A DNA stretch of 64,000 nt from Thermoanaerobaculia bacterium (GCA_963666565.1 OY762911.1:4704001-4768000), one strand, 5' to 3'. Positions 19,410-29,499 are shown, counted from the first letter of the stretch. Translations and numbers: made by a program. Notes: generated by a model not told the origin, from the letters alone.

Positions 19410-19462
19410 CTGGGTGCGCGGGTCTTCCGACCCGCACTGGGTGCGCGGGTCTTCCGACCCGC
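19410..19462. repeat. Tandem REP doublet (2 x 26 bp)
   Basis: CTGGGTGCGCGGGTCTTCCGACCCGC occurs twice, separated by 1 bp; exact reverse complement of 44382-44434. Confidence 0.9.
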
Positions 19463-19522
19463 TTCCGAGTGAACTCGCGCGAGGCGCCAGCCTCGCTCCT
19501 TCCTGTTGAGAGGGCGGCAGGC

Positions 19523-21022
19523 ATGGGCAAGGACACCGGCTTCAAGGAGTACGCGCGCGCCGCGGTTCCCTACCAGGATCCGCTGATCCGCCTGAGTCAC
19601 TACGGCGAGTTCCTGGCGCCGGTGCCGGAACAGCACCTCGCCACCCAGGGCGCCCGCTGCATGGACTGCGGCGTCCCCTTCTGCCAGTCCGACGAAGGCT
19701 GCCCGATCGACAACCTGATCCCGGAGTGGAACGACCTCGTCTACCAGGGCCGCTGGAAGGAAGCGCTGCGGCGCCTGGAGAGGACGAACAACTTCCCCGA
19801 GTTCACCGGCCGCGTCTGCCCCGCCCCGTGCGAGGGCGCCTGCGTGCTGGGGATCACCGACCCGGCGGTGACGATCAAGAACATCGAGAACGCGATCGTC
19901 GACCGCGGCTTCGAGGAGGGCTGGATCGTTCCCCGCCCGCCCGTCAGGCGCACCGGCAAGAAGGTCGCGATCGTCGGTTCCGGGCCGGCGGGACTCGCCG
20001 CGGCGGCTCAGTTGAACGGCGTCGGCCACTCGGTCGCCGTCTTCGAACGCGAGGACCGCATCGGCGGCCTGCTGATGTACGGCATCCCGAACATGAAGCT
20101 CGACAAGCGCCTGGTCGTCGACCGGCGGATCGACCTGATGCGGGCCGAGGGCATCGAGTTCGTGACCGGCGCCCACGTCGGCGTGAACGTCGACGCCGCC
20201 GATCTGCGGCGCGACCACGACGCGATCCTGCTCGCCTGCGGCGCGACGAAGCCGCGCGATCTCCCCATCCCGGGCCGCGAGCTCGCGGGCGTCCATTTCG
20301 CGATGGACTTCCTGACCGAGCACACCCGTGCCCTTCTCGACGCCGATCTGCCGAGTGACGGCGCCCACCCTGTCCAGGCGCCGATTCACGCATCCGGAAA
20401 GAACGTCATCGTGATCGGCGGCGGCGACACCGGCGCCGACTGCATCGCGACCGCAGTGCGCCACGGCTGCGCCTCGCTGGTTAACTTCGAACTGCTGGAG
20501 CGGCCGCCGGACGACCGGGCCGCCGATAACCCGTGGCCGGAATGGCCCCGCATCTTCCGCGTCGAGTACGCGCACGCCGAAGCCGCGGCCCGGTTCGGCG
20601 CCGACCCGCGCGTGTTCTCCGTTCTCTCCAAGCGCTTCGTCGACGACGGCGCCGGCGGCGTCGCCGGTATCGAGACCGTCCGCGTCGCCTGGAAACGGGA
20701 CGCCGGCGGCCGCTTCGCGATGGAGGAAGTGCCCGGAACCGAAGAGACCTTCGAGGCCGAACTCGTGCTCCTGGCAATGGGCTTCCTCGGCCCCGAAGCG
20801 ACTCTCGGCGAGCGCTTGGGCCTCGCCACGGACGAGCGCAGCAACTTCGCGGCAGAACCCGGCCGGTACGCGACCTCGGTCGAGGGGGTCTTCGCCGCCG
20901 GCGACTGCCGCCGCGGACAGAGCCTGATCGTGTGGGCGATCGCCGAGGGCCGCGGCGCCGCGGCCCGGATCGACGAGTACCTGACCGGGGCCACCGAACT
21001 GCCGCTGCCGTCGGCGCTCTGA
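19523..21022 (+). CDS. gltD: Glutamate synthase small subunit
   Basis: [34 protein letters not shown] and [12 protein letters not shown] 19523 (MGKDTGF) is preferred over the GTG at 19469, which abuts the REP. Confidence 0.97.
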   Translation: MGKDTGFKEYARAAVPYQDPLIRLSHYGEFLAPVPEQHLATQGARCMDCGVPFCQSDEGCPIDNLIPEWNDLVYQGRWKEALRRLERTNNFPEFTGRVCPAPCEGACVLGITDPAVTIKNIENAIVDRGFEEGWIVPRPPVRRTGKKVAIVGSGPAGLAAAAQLNGVGHSVAVFEREDRIGGLLMYGIPNMKLDKRLVVDRRIDLMRAEGIEFVTGAHVGVNVDAADLRRDHDAILLACGATKPRDLPIPGRELAGVHFAMDFLTEHTRALLDADLPSDGAHPVQAPIHASGKNVIVIGGGDTGADCIATAVRHGCASLVNFELLERPPDDRAADNPWPEWPRIFRVEYAHAEAAARFGADPRVFSVLSKRFVDDGAGGVAGIETVRVAWKRDAGGRFAMEEVPGTEETFEAELVLLAMGFLGPEATLGERLGLATDERSNFAAEPGRYATSVEGVFAAGDCRRGQSLIVWAIAEGRGAAARIDEYLTGATELPLPSAL

Positions 21023-21039
21023 CCACCCTCCGTTCTGGT

Positions 21040-21640
21040 CGAACAGATCGAACACCTCGATGCGGCATCCCACCGCGCGAACCCGACAGGTGTGCTCTTG
21101 ACTCCTCGGAGGAGGACATCAGGGACTACTCCACCGGCGAGCTTCCAAGGGCGATGTTCAACTGAGATGGGCTGCACCAAGAGGTGCCCTCACTCCATCT
21201 CTGCACCCCCGCCTTCGCGGCCGTCGACAAGGCCTTGGCCGCTCGGCGCCCCAACGCGCCGCTTGAAGCCGCGCCCTACCACACGCCCCATCACGACGGA
21301 ACCTGATCCCAACTCAGAGTCCAGAAGCCGAGCGACCGCCGAGCTACTCGCCGCCCACAACCAGTCGATCACCAGCGCATCGAACAACGCACCGAAACGA
21401 GAGTCTCCCTCCGACCAGGGTGCGCTGATCGTGAGAACCCCCGTGCTCCGCGCACCGCACGCGGAGCACGTCCGCGGCCAAGATGGTCCGGTACGCTGCC
21501 GGATACGGGGGTCCCGATCTCGGCATCGCAGGTACCTCCTCCTACGAGGAGGAAGTGCCTGCGGAACCGGGGCAAGCTCAACTCGTCCCCCTTCGATTCG
21601 GAAGGCCCCAGTGGTCTTCCGCCTTTCCCCCGGCATGCGA
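21040..21640 (-). pseudogene. Degraded ISL3-family transposase remnant
   Basis: Frameshifted fragments YRTILAADVLRVRCAEHG and APWSEGDSRFGALFDALVIDWL..SSSAVARLL match the ISL3 zinc-finger/HTH region. Boundaries approximate. Confidence 0.72.
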
Positions 21641-21645
21641 CAAGG

Positions 21646-22257
21646 TCAATGAACGTCTTCGGAGAGCCAGTACCCGAACGCTTTCTCCAGATTCTCTCTG
21701 GCAGAGCTAACCGCTTGGCGCACATACTCGGCTTCAGAATCGGCACGAATCCGACTCAGCTCTCGCCGAACCGTAGTCAGGATCCGAGTAGCATTGCGCA
21801 TATCGGGATGCCGTGCATACGGGCGAAGGGCACGACGATGTTCCAGAAGTGCGCGGAGACTCCAATCTCGCAGTTCTGGGTGGCTGTACATGGGCTCTGT
21901 CGTTCTCGTGTCTGAGACACCATCCAAGATGCGAAAGACGATCGTCGCTTTGTAGTTCTCTGCAGCCATCCAGTCTGGATCATGCCAAGAGTCGAGTCTA
22001 CTAAGGGCGTTCTCCACTCGCGTCGGAACCTCGACGTCGATCAGGCGCACCATGCGATCCTCTTCCTTCGCTTCGGCGAATTCTCCTTGGAAAAACGAAA
22101 AGAGAATCGGCAGGGAGACAACGGCTAGAGAAGGCAGTAGAGCCACAAAGAAAGGCTCGTTCAGGAAACGCCATAGGCCTCGGCGCTGTCCCTTCATTGG
22201 GCCAGGCTCACAAGTGGCCTGTATCTTCGATTCGTCGGCTGACGCGCTACTCTTCAC
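21646..22257 (-). CDS. Hypothetical protein with one N-terminal TM segment, lower GC
   Basis: 203-aa ORF with hydrophobic FFVALLPSLAVVSLPILFSFF; co-oriented downstream of the truncated receptor cassette. Confidence 0.55.
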   Translation of the reverse strand: MKSSASADESKIQATCEPGPMKGQRRGLWRFLNEPFFVALLPSLAVVSLPILFSFFQGEFAEAKEEDRMVRLIDVEVPTRVENALSRLDSWHDPDWMAAENYKATIVFRILDGVSDTRTTEPMYSHPELRDWSLRALLEHRRALRPYARHPDMRNATRILTTVRRELSRIRADSEAEYVRQAVSSARENLEKAFGYWLSEDVH

Positions 22258-22328
22258 CCAAAGCGTCTCCCTGGTGTCAGCGGTTCCGAGAGAGTAGGGG
22301 GCCTCTGGCTGGGGGCGCTCAACCTAGC

Positions 22329-24734
22329 CTAGAAGCTGAACCGAGCGCCAATCTGTAACTGACGCCAGGACGTGACTCGGCCGGACGGTATGCCGAGGTC
22401 TTCGGGAACTACGCCGCCCTCCACGTTTCGCTGGCTGAAGCCGACCGCGAAGCTGTGTTCGTCGAATAGGTTAAAGGCCTCGACGAACACGTCCAGGCGC
22501 ATTTCATCGCCGAACCGGAAGAACCTGCCGACGCGGACATCGACCGTCTGGAGCGACTCGTTCCTGAAGGTGTTTCGTCCTACGACGGAACCATCGATGA
22601 TGGCTCGGTAGTCGGGGCAGTTGAAGATGGGCCACCCGCAGCCGATACTGTCGAAGCCTCGGACGGGTGTGTCGCGGTCGTTCACATCAACGGCCGTGTA
22701 CGGCGTTCCCGACTGGTAGTTCAGGATGCCGGAGATCTGGAAGTCGGCCGGCAACTGGACCATGCCCGTAACTACGAGCCGGTGCTTCACGTCACGATCC
22801 GAGAGGCCCCAGTCGTAGTCCAGGTTGCCGGTGTCGGAGATCGTGACGCCGGTCGCCGAACGCTCGTTCGAGTCGGTGTCGCGATCCTCGCCCCAGGTGT
22901 AGTGGGCGCCGAACTGGTAGCGACCGGTGAAGCGCTTGTTCGCCTTGAGCGTGACCGCCTGATACTCGGACTCGCCCCGAGACTGGCGAACGAGGACTTC
23001 GGCGCACCGGATTTCGTCGAGACCCGGGCACACGTCATTGCGGCCGGCCCACATCGGGCGGCCGTACGGGTCGTAGCCGCCGAAGACCCGGTTGAAGTCC
23101 GTGTTGCGCTGCAGGCTGGTCGCTTCGGCATACACGGCATCGACGCCGGCGCTCCAGCCGCCGCCGAGTTCCCGCTCCCAGCCGACGCTGGCGCGCAGCG
23201 TTTGGGCGTCGTCGAACTCGGGATCCACGTACGAGATGGCGGGAATGATGCCCGGCGGCGGGTTCTCGTTGTCGATCTGCGTCCCGAGCGGCACGTAGCC
23301 GTTCTGGCCGGGACGAACCGTGATGCGACCGTAGTTCGGCGGTACGCCGTTGGCCTGAACCTGGTTGGCGAACAGCAGGGTGGGCGTGCGGCCGAAGAAG
23401 AAGCCGATGCCGCCGCGGAGGACCGACCGGCCCTCGTCCTGGGACCTGGCGAAGCCGAAGCGGGGCGCCAGGTTCTCGGTGTCCGGGATCTGGCGGCCGT
23501 CCGGGTGCAGGTGATCCAGGCCGTCCGGGTTGTCCGTGGACGTATAGCGGAGGCCGTAACTGATTGTCACGTTGTCCCGCTTGAGACTGTCCTGCCCGTA
23601 GAAGGCGAGGGCCTCCTGAGTCTCGTCGTAGTTCGGGTACGTCGAATCGCCGAACCAGATTCGCGCCCGGAAAGCCTCGTTGCTCAAGAAGTCCTCCGGC
23701 GAGCCGAAGTCATAGCGGCCGTCGCGGCTGCCGGCGAAGAGCTGCGCCAGATCGTCCTTCGAGTAGTCGACGCCGAACTTCATGTCATGGGCACCGAACA
23801 GGTAGGAGAAGTCGTTCTTGACCTGGAGCTGCTCTTCCTCAACGAAGATCGGGAGGAAGTCGAACTTGCCAACGCTGTCAAACTCGTCGAAGAAGAAGCG
23901 GACCTGCGCCTCGATTGGCGTGCCGACCCGCTTGGACAGGCGATCCAGATTGTCCGTCGCGGACTGAATCCGGAACTCGTTGACGCCACGGCTGCCGACG
24001 ACCGAGGTCATCGATGCGATGATGGACAGCGTGTCCTCCGTCTTCAGCGACTCCTCGTCCAGGTAGTCGCTCTCCCGCTCGAAGTCCGTCACATTGGCGC
24101 GCAGGGTGATGAGGTTCGAGTCGTTGATCTGGTGGTCCAGCTTGCCGAAGAGGATCTGGTTGCTCACCGAGCGCAGGAACAAGCCGGTGGCGGAACCGTC
24201 GGCGTTTCGCTCGAAGCCGTCGACCAGAGCCGCGAATCCGGGCTCTGTCTCCGCCCTCTTCATGATCAGGTCGTAGGTGCTGTTGACGCCGGTCGAGCGC
24301 AGCGAGCGGGAGAACGGGATGTCCTGGTCGCGGAGGTCGACGCCGAAGTAGTAGTGGGTGCGATCCTGCTTGAACGGACCACCGACCGAGAAGCCGTAGT
24401 TCTGGGTGTCGAACTCGTCCACCGGTCGCGAGCCGTCACGGCCCCGGAAGTCGTCGAGAGGCGACGAAGGAATGTCCTCGGCCATGCTGTCGTCGCGGAA
24501 CTGGTAGAAGGCCGAGCCCCTCATCTCGTTCGTGCCGGACTTCGTGACCACGTTGACGAAGGCGCCGCCGTGCCGGCCGTACTCGGCCGAGAAGCCGTTG
24601 GTGATGACCTGGAACTGGCGAACCGTGTCCTGGGCGATGATCAGGCCGTCGTTCTCGGTCGCCTCGCCGCCCCGGCCATAGCCGAAGAAGGTGCTCTTGT
24701 TGTCCGCGCCGTCAACGGAAAGGCCGCTGTACAT
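22329..24734 (-). other. Silent, 5'-truncated TonB-dependent receptor cassette (801 codons, uninterrupted)
   Basis: Paralogue of 27067-29445 with the first 59 aa identical. It lacks the signal peptide and N-terminal domain, has an in-frame TGA (24740-24738) two codons before the ATG, and ends in the OMP-type GARFSF. Confidence 0.88.
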
Positions 24735-24737
24735 GCC
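24721..24737 (-). repeat. Candidate recombination core GGCATGTACAGCGGCCT, inverted copy 1
   Basis: Identical to 27064-27080 in inverted orientation; marks the 5' limit of continuous homology. Confidence 0.6.
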
Positions 24738-24955
24738 TCACTGGTCGGGCTTCAGTTCCATGAAGGTCCGAAGAGCAGGAGAGAGTCCGGGAACAACCGA
24801 GAACTCCTGTAGACACCGTCACTTGTGAAGGTCTCGTTACGTTGCCCAAGGCCGCGGATGCGGTTGACGGCAAACGGCAAATCGCCGACGGGATTGGGGG
24901 AAGTGGGGGACACGGTGAGGGAGTGCCATACGGCCGTCCTTGCTATGTTCGAGCG

Positions 24956-26092
24956 ATGCCCCTTACCCAACGGAGAGTCGACGCCGTCAGACCCACCGGC
25001 CGGCCCTTCAAGCTGTACGACCGCGACGGCCTGATGCTCAGGGTCACCGCCGCCGGCAAGAGCCGATGGGTCTGGAGAGGCGTCGTCAAGGGAAAGCGGA
25101 TCGAGGTCGGCATGGGCTCGACACGTTTCCGCTCGCTGAAGGAGGCAAGGGAGGTCGCCTTCGAGAATACGAGAACGGCGAGACTGGGAGGCGATCCCAG
25201 AGCGGCCGTGTCCTCTGACGTTCCGACCTTCAGGGAAGCCGCGACGCTCTATCTGGAGATCCAGTCCACCGATTGGGGAGAGGCCCACTCCCGCCAAGTC
25301 AGACGGATGCTGGAGCGCCATGCGTTCCCGGGCTTCGGGGACCTTCCGGTAGACGAGATCCAGACCGCCGACGTGATGCGGGTTCTGGTACCGCTGTGGC
25401 GGCGTCAGAGGCCGACCGGACAGCGGCTCAGGCAGAGGATCGCCGGCGTCATGGCGTGGAGCGTAGCGGCGGGCTACCGGGCCGACGATCCGACGAGCAC
25501 TCTCTCGGCGGTCTTGCCCGCCGGCCGGACGCGGCGGAAGCACCATCGCTACCTGCCCGCCGTCAAGCTGCGCGAAGCACTGGTCAAGGTGCAGGACTCC
25601 GGAGCATGGATCGGAACGCGGTTGGCCATGCGCTTCCTGGCGCTGACGGCGGCGCGCTCCGGCGAGGTGCGTGGAGCGAGGTGGCGGGAGATCGATCTGG
25701 AGTCGGTCACGTGGACCGTTCCCGCCTCGCGGATGAAGGCGCGCCGTGAGCACCGGGTCCCCCTCTCCAGCGCGGCCCTTGCGGTCCTTGAGCGGGCCGG
25801 CGGACTTCGGGGTCGGGGCAGAGGGCTCGTCTTTCCCGGCGTCCAGGGGAAGATGGTCGGTGTGTCGGTGTTCGGTCGGCTGCTGAGAGACCTCGATATC
25901 GATTGCAGCCCGCACGGGTTCCGCAGTGCGTTTCGGTCGTGCTGCTCCGACGAGGGGATCGACCGGGAGTTGGCGGAACAGGCCCTGGCACACGCGGTCG
26001 GGAGCCAGGTCGAGCAGTGCTATGCGCGAAGCGACGTGCTGGAGCGCCGCCGAGACGTCATGGAGGCTTGGGGTGCGTTCCTGGTCCAGTAG
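24956..26092 (+). CDS. P4-type tyrosine recombinase/integrase
   Basis: N-terminal arm-binding domain (KLYDRDGLMLRV...IEVGMG...SLKEARE). Catalytic R (TAARSGE), K (RMKARREH), HGFR, LAH and Y (QCYARS) are all present. Confidence 0.93.
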   Translation: MPLTQRRVDAVRPTGRPFKLYDRDGLMLRVTAAGKSRWVWRGVVKGKRIEVGMGSTRFRSLKEAREVAFENTRTARLGGDPRAAVSSDVPTFREAATLYLEIQSTDWGEAHSRQVRRMLERHAFPGFGDLPVDEIQTADVMRVLVPLWRRQRPTGQRLRQRIAGVMAWSVAAGYRADDPTSTLSAVLPAGRTRRKHHRYLPAVKLREALVKVQDSGAWIGTRLAMRFLALTAARSGEVRGARWREIDLESVTWTVPASRMKARREHRVPLSSAALAVLERAGGLRGRGRGLVFPGVQGKMVGVSVFGRLLRDLDIDCSPHGFRSAFRSCCSDEGIDRELAEQALAHAVGSQVEQCYARSDVLERRRDVMEAWGAFLVQ

Positions 26093-26334
26093 CGGACGGA
26101 CCGGACATGCAGGGCCGTGGTCCAGGCTCGCGCCGCAGCTTCGCCGCGGCGCGGGGGGCTTTCCCAGGGGCAATCCAGTCCCCTGGGCGGAGCCACGGAG
26201 CTGGCCCTGCCGTTGGCTCATAGACAGCCGGATCGAGCGCCTCCGCGAAGGCTTCAACGCCCCGGCGGAGACTCTCCGCGTGAAGTCCGCGAACCGTGCC
26301 GTCGATTCAATATCTTGAAGCGAGCCGCCCTCCG

Positions 26335-26364
26335 TTGACGGGGGGCGAAGCGATTCTCTATAGT
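26335..26364 (+). promoter_or_regulatory. Sigma70-type promoter of the TonB-dependent receptor
   Basis: TTGACG (26335-26340), 18 bp, TATAGT (26359-26364); GAGGAG RBS before ATG 26512. Confidence 0.6.
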
Positions 26365-26511
26365 CGTACCCGGTCTGTGGCCTTGCGCGCGAGCGCCCCA
26401 CCACCGCCACCCACTCGGACAATCGAGAGACCTTCCACGCGTGAAGCGCACGCCGGTGAATTCGTGCCGAATTCGACGGCGCCTACTCAGACACAGAGGA
26501 GAAACCCCACC

Positions 26512-29445
26512 ATGCAGTCGACCCGCCTCCGGGCACGTCTTCTTGCGACCCTCCTGGCAACGGCCTGCGTCCTCCTGATCGGCGGCGCCGGCTTCGCCCA
26601 GACGATCACCGGCACCGTCCAGGGCTACATCTCGGATGTCGAGGGCGGCCCGATTCCCGGCGTCACGGTGACCGTCACCAACCAGGACACCGGCATCGCC
26701 CGCGCCGCCATCGCGGACGCCAACGGCTTCTACAGCGCCAAGGCGCTCCAGGTCGGCACCTACTCGGTGACCGCCGAACTCGCCGGCATGCAGACCACGC
26801 AGCAGAGCGACGTCTCCGTCCTGGTCGGCCAGATCAAGGACGTCAACCTGACCCTCGAGGTCGAGTCGACCTCCGAGGTGATCACCGTCACGTCCGAGGC
26901 CCCGATCATCGAGGTCAGTCGTTCGGGCGCCGCCAACTACATCGACGAGGTCGCCATCGAGAGCCTGCCGATCGTCGGCCGCGACTTCACCGACTTCGCG
27001 ATTCTCACTCCCGGCGTCCAGCGCGACCGTTCCCGCGGCTTCCTGACCATGGCCGGTCAGCGCGGCATGTACAGCGGCCTGTCGGTCGACGGCGCGGACA
27101 ACAAGAGCACCTTCTTCGGTTACGGCCGCGGCGGCGAGGCCACCGAGAACGACGGCCTGATCATCGCCCAGGACACGGTGCGCCAGTTCCAGGTCATCAC
27201 GAACGGCTTCTCGGCCGAGTACGGCCGGCACGGCGGCGCCTTCATCAACGTCGTCACGAAGTCCGGCACGAACGAGCTCAGGGGTTCGGCCTTCTACCAG
27301 TTCCGGGACGACAGCATGGCCGAGGATCTGCCGTCCTCGCCGCTCGACGACTTCAACGACCGCGACGGCTCGCGTCCGGTGGACACGTTCGACACCCAGA
27401 ACTACGGCGTCTCGATCGGCGGGCCGTTCAAGCGCGACCGTACCCACTACTATTTCGGAATCGACCAGCGCGACCAGGACATCCCGTTCACCCGGTTCCT
27501 GACCAACCGCGGCGGCAGCGTCTATGACCTGGTCATGCAGCGAGCGCAGAGCGAGCCCGCCTTCGCCGCCCTGGTGGACGGCTTCGAGCGAAACTCCGAC
27601 GGCTCCGCCACCGGCCTGTTCACGCGCTCGGTGAGCAACCAGATCCTGTTCGGCAAGCTGGACCACCAGATCAGCGACGCGAACCTGATCACCCTGCGAG
27701 CCAACTGGACGGACTTCGAACGGGAGAGCAGCTTCCTCGACGAGGAGTCGCTCAAGACGGAGGACACGCTGTCGATCATCGCGTCGATGACCTCGGTCGT
27801 CGGCAGCCGCGGCGTGAACGAGTTCCGAATTCAGACGGCCGACGACAACCTGGATCGCCTGTCCTTGCGGGTCGGCACGCCGATCGAGGCGCAGGTCCGC
27901 TTCCGCTGGAACGGCGCGAGCGTCGGCAAGTACGACTTCCTGCCGATCTTCGTGGAGGAGTCGCAGCTCCAGGTCAAGAACGACTTCTCCTACCTGTTCG
28001 GCGCCCACGACATGAAGTTCGGCGTCGACTACTCGAAGGACGACCTGGCCCAGCTCTTCGCCGGCAGCCGCGACGGCCGCTACGACTTCCGCTCGCCGGA
28101 GGACTTCCTGTCCAACAACTCAAGCGCCGCCCGGATCTGGTTCGGCGATTCGACCTATCCGAACTACGACGAGACCCAGGCGGCTCTCGCCTTCTACGGC
28201 CAGGACAGCCAGAAGCGCGACAACATGACGATCAGCTACGGCCTCCGCTACACGTCCACGGACAACCCGGACGGTCTCGATCATCTGCATCCGGACGGCC
28301 GCCAGATCCCGGACACCGAGAACCTGGCGCCCCGCTTCGGCTTCGCCATGGCCCAGGACGAGGGCCGGTCGGTTCTCCGCGGCGGCATCGGCTTCTTCTT
28401 CGGGCGCACGCCCACCCTGCTGTTCGCCAACCAGGTTCAGGCCAACGGCGTGCCGCCGAACTACGGCCGCATCACCGTCACTCCCGGCGAGAACGGCTAC
28501 GTGCCGCTCGGAACGCCGATCGACAATGAGAACCCGCCGCCGGGCATCATCCCCGCGATCTCCTACGTCGACCCCGAGTTCGACGACGCCCAGACGCTGC
28601 GCGCCAGCATCGGCTGGGAGCGGGAGCTCGGCGACGGCTGGAGCGCCGGAGTCGACGCCGTGTACGCGGAGGGCACGAGCCTGCAGCGCAACACGGACTT
28701 CAACCGCGTCTTCGGCGGCTACGACGAGTACGGTCGCCCGATGTGGAACGGCCGCAACGAAGGAACCTGCCCCGGAGTCCCGGGCGCCGAATGCGCCGAG
28801 ATCCTGGTTCGGCAGTCCCGCGGCGAGTCCGAGTACCAGGCGGTCACGCTGAAGGCGAACAGGCGCTTCACCGGCCGCTACCAGATGAGCGCCCACTACA
28901 CCTGGGGCAAGGATCGCGACACCGACTCGAACGAGCGTTCGGCGACCGGCGTCACGATCTCGGACACCGGCAACCTCGACTACGACTGGGGTCTCTCGGA
29001 CCGCGACGTCAAGCACCGTCTGGTGGTCACCGGCATGATCCAGTTGCCGCTCGACTTCCAGATCTCGGGCATCGTGAACTACCAGTCGGGTACCCCGTAC
29101 ACGCTGGTCGACAACGGCGTCGACTGGGCTTACTGTCGCACGGTCGGCTGGAACTGCCCGGACTACCGTGCGGTGATGGACGGCGTCGTCGTCGGCCGGA
29201 ACACGGAGCGGAACGAGTCGATCCAGACGATCGACGTTCGCCTCGGCAAGTTCTTCACCTTCGGCGACGGCATGCGGCTCGACGTCTTCGTCGAGGCGTT
29301 CAACCTGTTCGACGAGAACAGCTTCGGCGTCGGCTTCAACCAGCGCAACATCCGCAACGGCAACGTTCCCGACGACTTCGGGGTCCCGTCGTACCTGACG
29401 ACGCGCCCGCGCCAGTTGCAGATCGGAGGCCGGTTCAGCTTCTAG
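26512..29445 (+). CDS. TonB-dependent outer-membrane receptor, Oar-like, with carboxypeptidase-regulatory N-domain (977 aa)
   Basis: Signal peptide ending GFA-QT; GGPIPGVTVTV N-domain; plug motifs VDGADN and SAEYGRHGG..NVVTKSGTN; terminal GGRFSF. Confidence 0.93.
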   Translation: MQSTRLRARLLATLLATACVLLIGGAGFAQTITGTVQGYISDVEGGPIPGVTVTVTNQDTGIARAAIADANGFYSAKALQVGTYSVTAELAGMQTTQQSDVSVLVGQIKDVNLTLEVESTSEVITVTSEAPIIEVSRSGAANYIDEVAIESLPIVGRDFTDFAILTPGVQRDRSRGFLTMAGQRGMYSGLSVDGADNKSTFFGYGRGGEATENDGLIIAQDTVRQFQVITNGFSAEYGRHGGAFINVVTKSGTNELRGSAFYQFRDDSMAEDLPSSPLDDFNDRDGSRPVDTFDTQNYGVSIGGPFKRDRTHYYFGIDQRDQDIPFTRFLTNRGGSVYDLVMQRAQSEPAFAALVDGFERNSDGSATGLFTRSVSNQILFGKLDHQISDANLITLRANWTDFERESSFLDEESLKTEDTLSIIASMTSVVGSRGVNEFRIQTADDNLDRLSLRVGTPIEAQVRFRWNGASVGKYDFLPIFVEESQLQVKNDFSYLFGAHDMKFGVDYSKDDLAQLFAGSRDGRYDFRSPEDFLSNNSSAARIWFGDSTYPNYDETQAALAFYGQDSQKRDNMTISYGLRYTSTDNPDGLDHLHPDGRQIPDTENLAPRFGFAMAQDEGRSVLRGGIGFFFGRTPTLLFANQVQANGVPPNYGRITVTPGENGYVPLGTPIDNENPPPGIIPAISYVDPEFDDAQTLRASIGWERELGDGWSAGVDAVYAEGTSLQRNTDFNRVFGGYDEYGRPMWNGRNEGTCPGVPGAECAEILVRQSRGESEYQAVTLKANRRFTGRYQMSAHYTWGKDRDTDSNERSATGVTISDTGNLDYDWGLSDRDVKHRLVVTGMIQLPLDFQISGIVNYQSGTPYTLVDNGVDWAYCRTVGWNCPDYRAVMDGVVVGRNTERNESIQTIDVRLGKFFTFGDGMRLDVFVEAFNLFDENSFGVGFNQRNIRNGNVPDDFGVPSYLTTRPRQLQIGGRFSF
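27064..27080 (+). repeat. Candidate recombination core GGCATGTACAGCGGCCT, copy 2, inside the plug-coding region
   Basis: Exact 17-bp inverted match to 24721-24737. Confidence 0.6.
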
Positions 29446-29499
29446 GCTGAGCGGTGCCAGAGCAGCCGCGGCGCCCGAGGCCGCGGCAAAGAGAAATCG

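Noticed and set aside
19410-19462. Tandem 26-bp repeats here and at 44382-44434 as a mini CRISPR array
   Set aside because: The units are separated by 1 bp, with no spacers and no cas genes; dispersed single copies indicate REPs.
24752-24860. Minus-strand peptide GLGQRNETFTSDGVYRSSRLFP as a decayed N-terminal domain of cassette B
   Set aside because: It resembles a carboxypeptidase-regulatory domain only faintly, is too short and is out of frame with the cassette. A significant alignment would favour a pseudogene reading over a switch.
24740-26500. tRNA/tmRNA attachment site or prophage next to the P4-type integrase
   Set aside because: No tRNA-like sequence and no phage structural or replication genes were recognised.
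22329-29445. Diversity-generating retroelement (template/variable repeat) explanation for the two receptor copies
   Set aside because: There is no reverse transcriptase in the window, and the differences are not adenine-specific and include indels over 2.4 kb.
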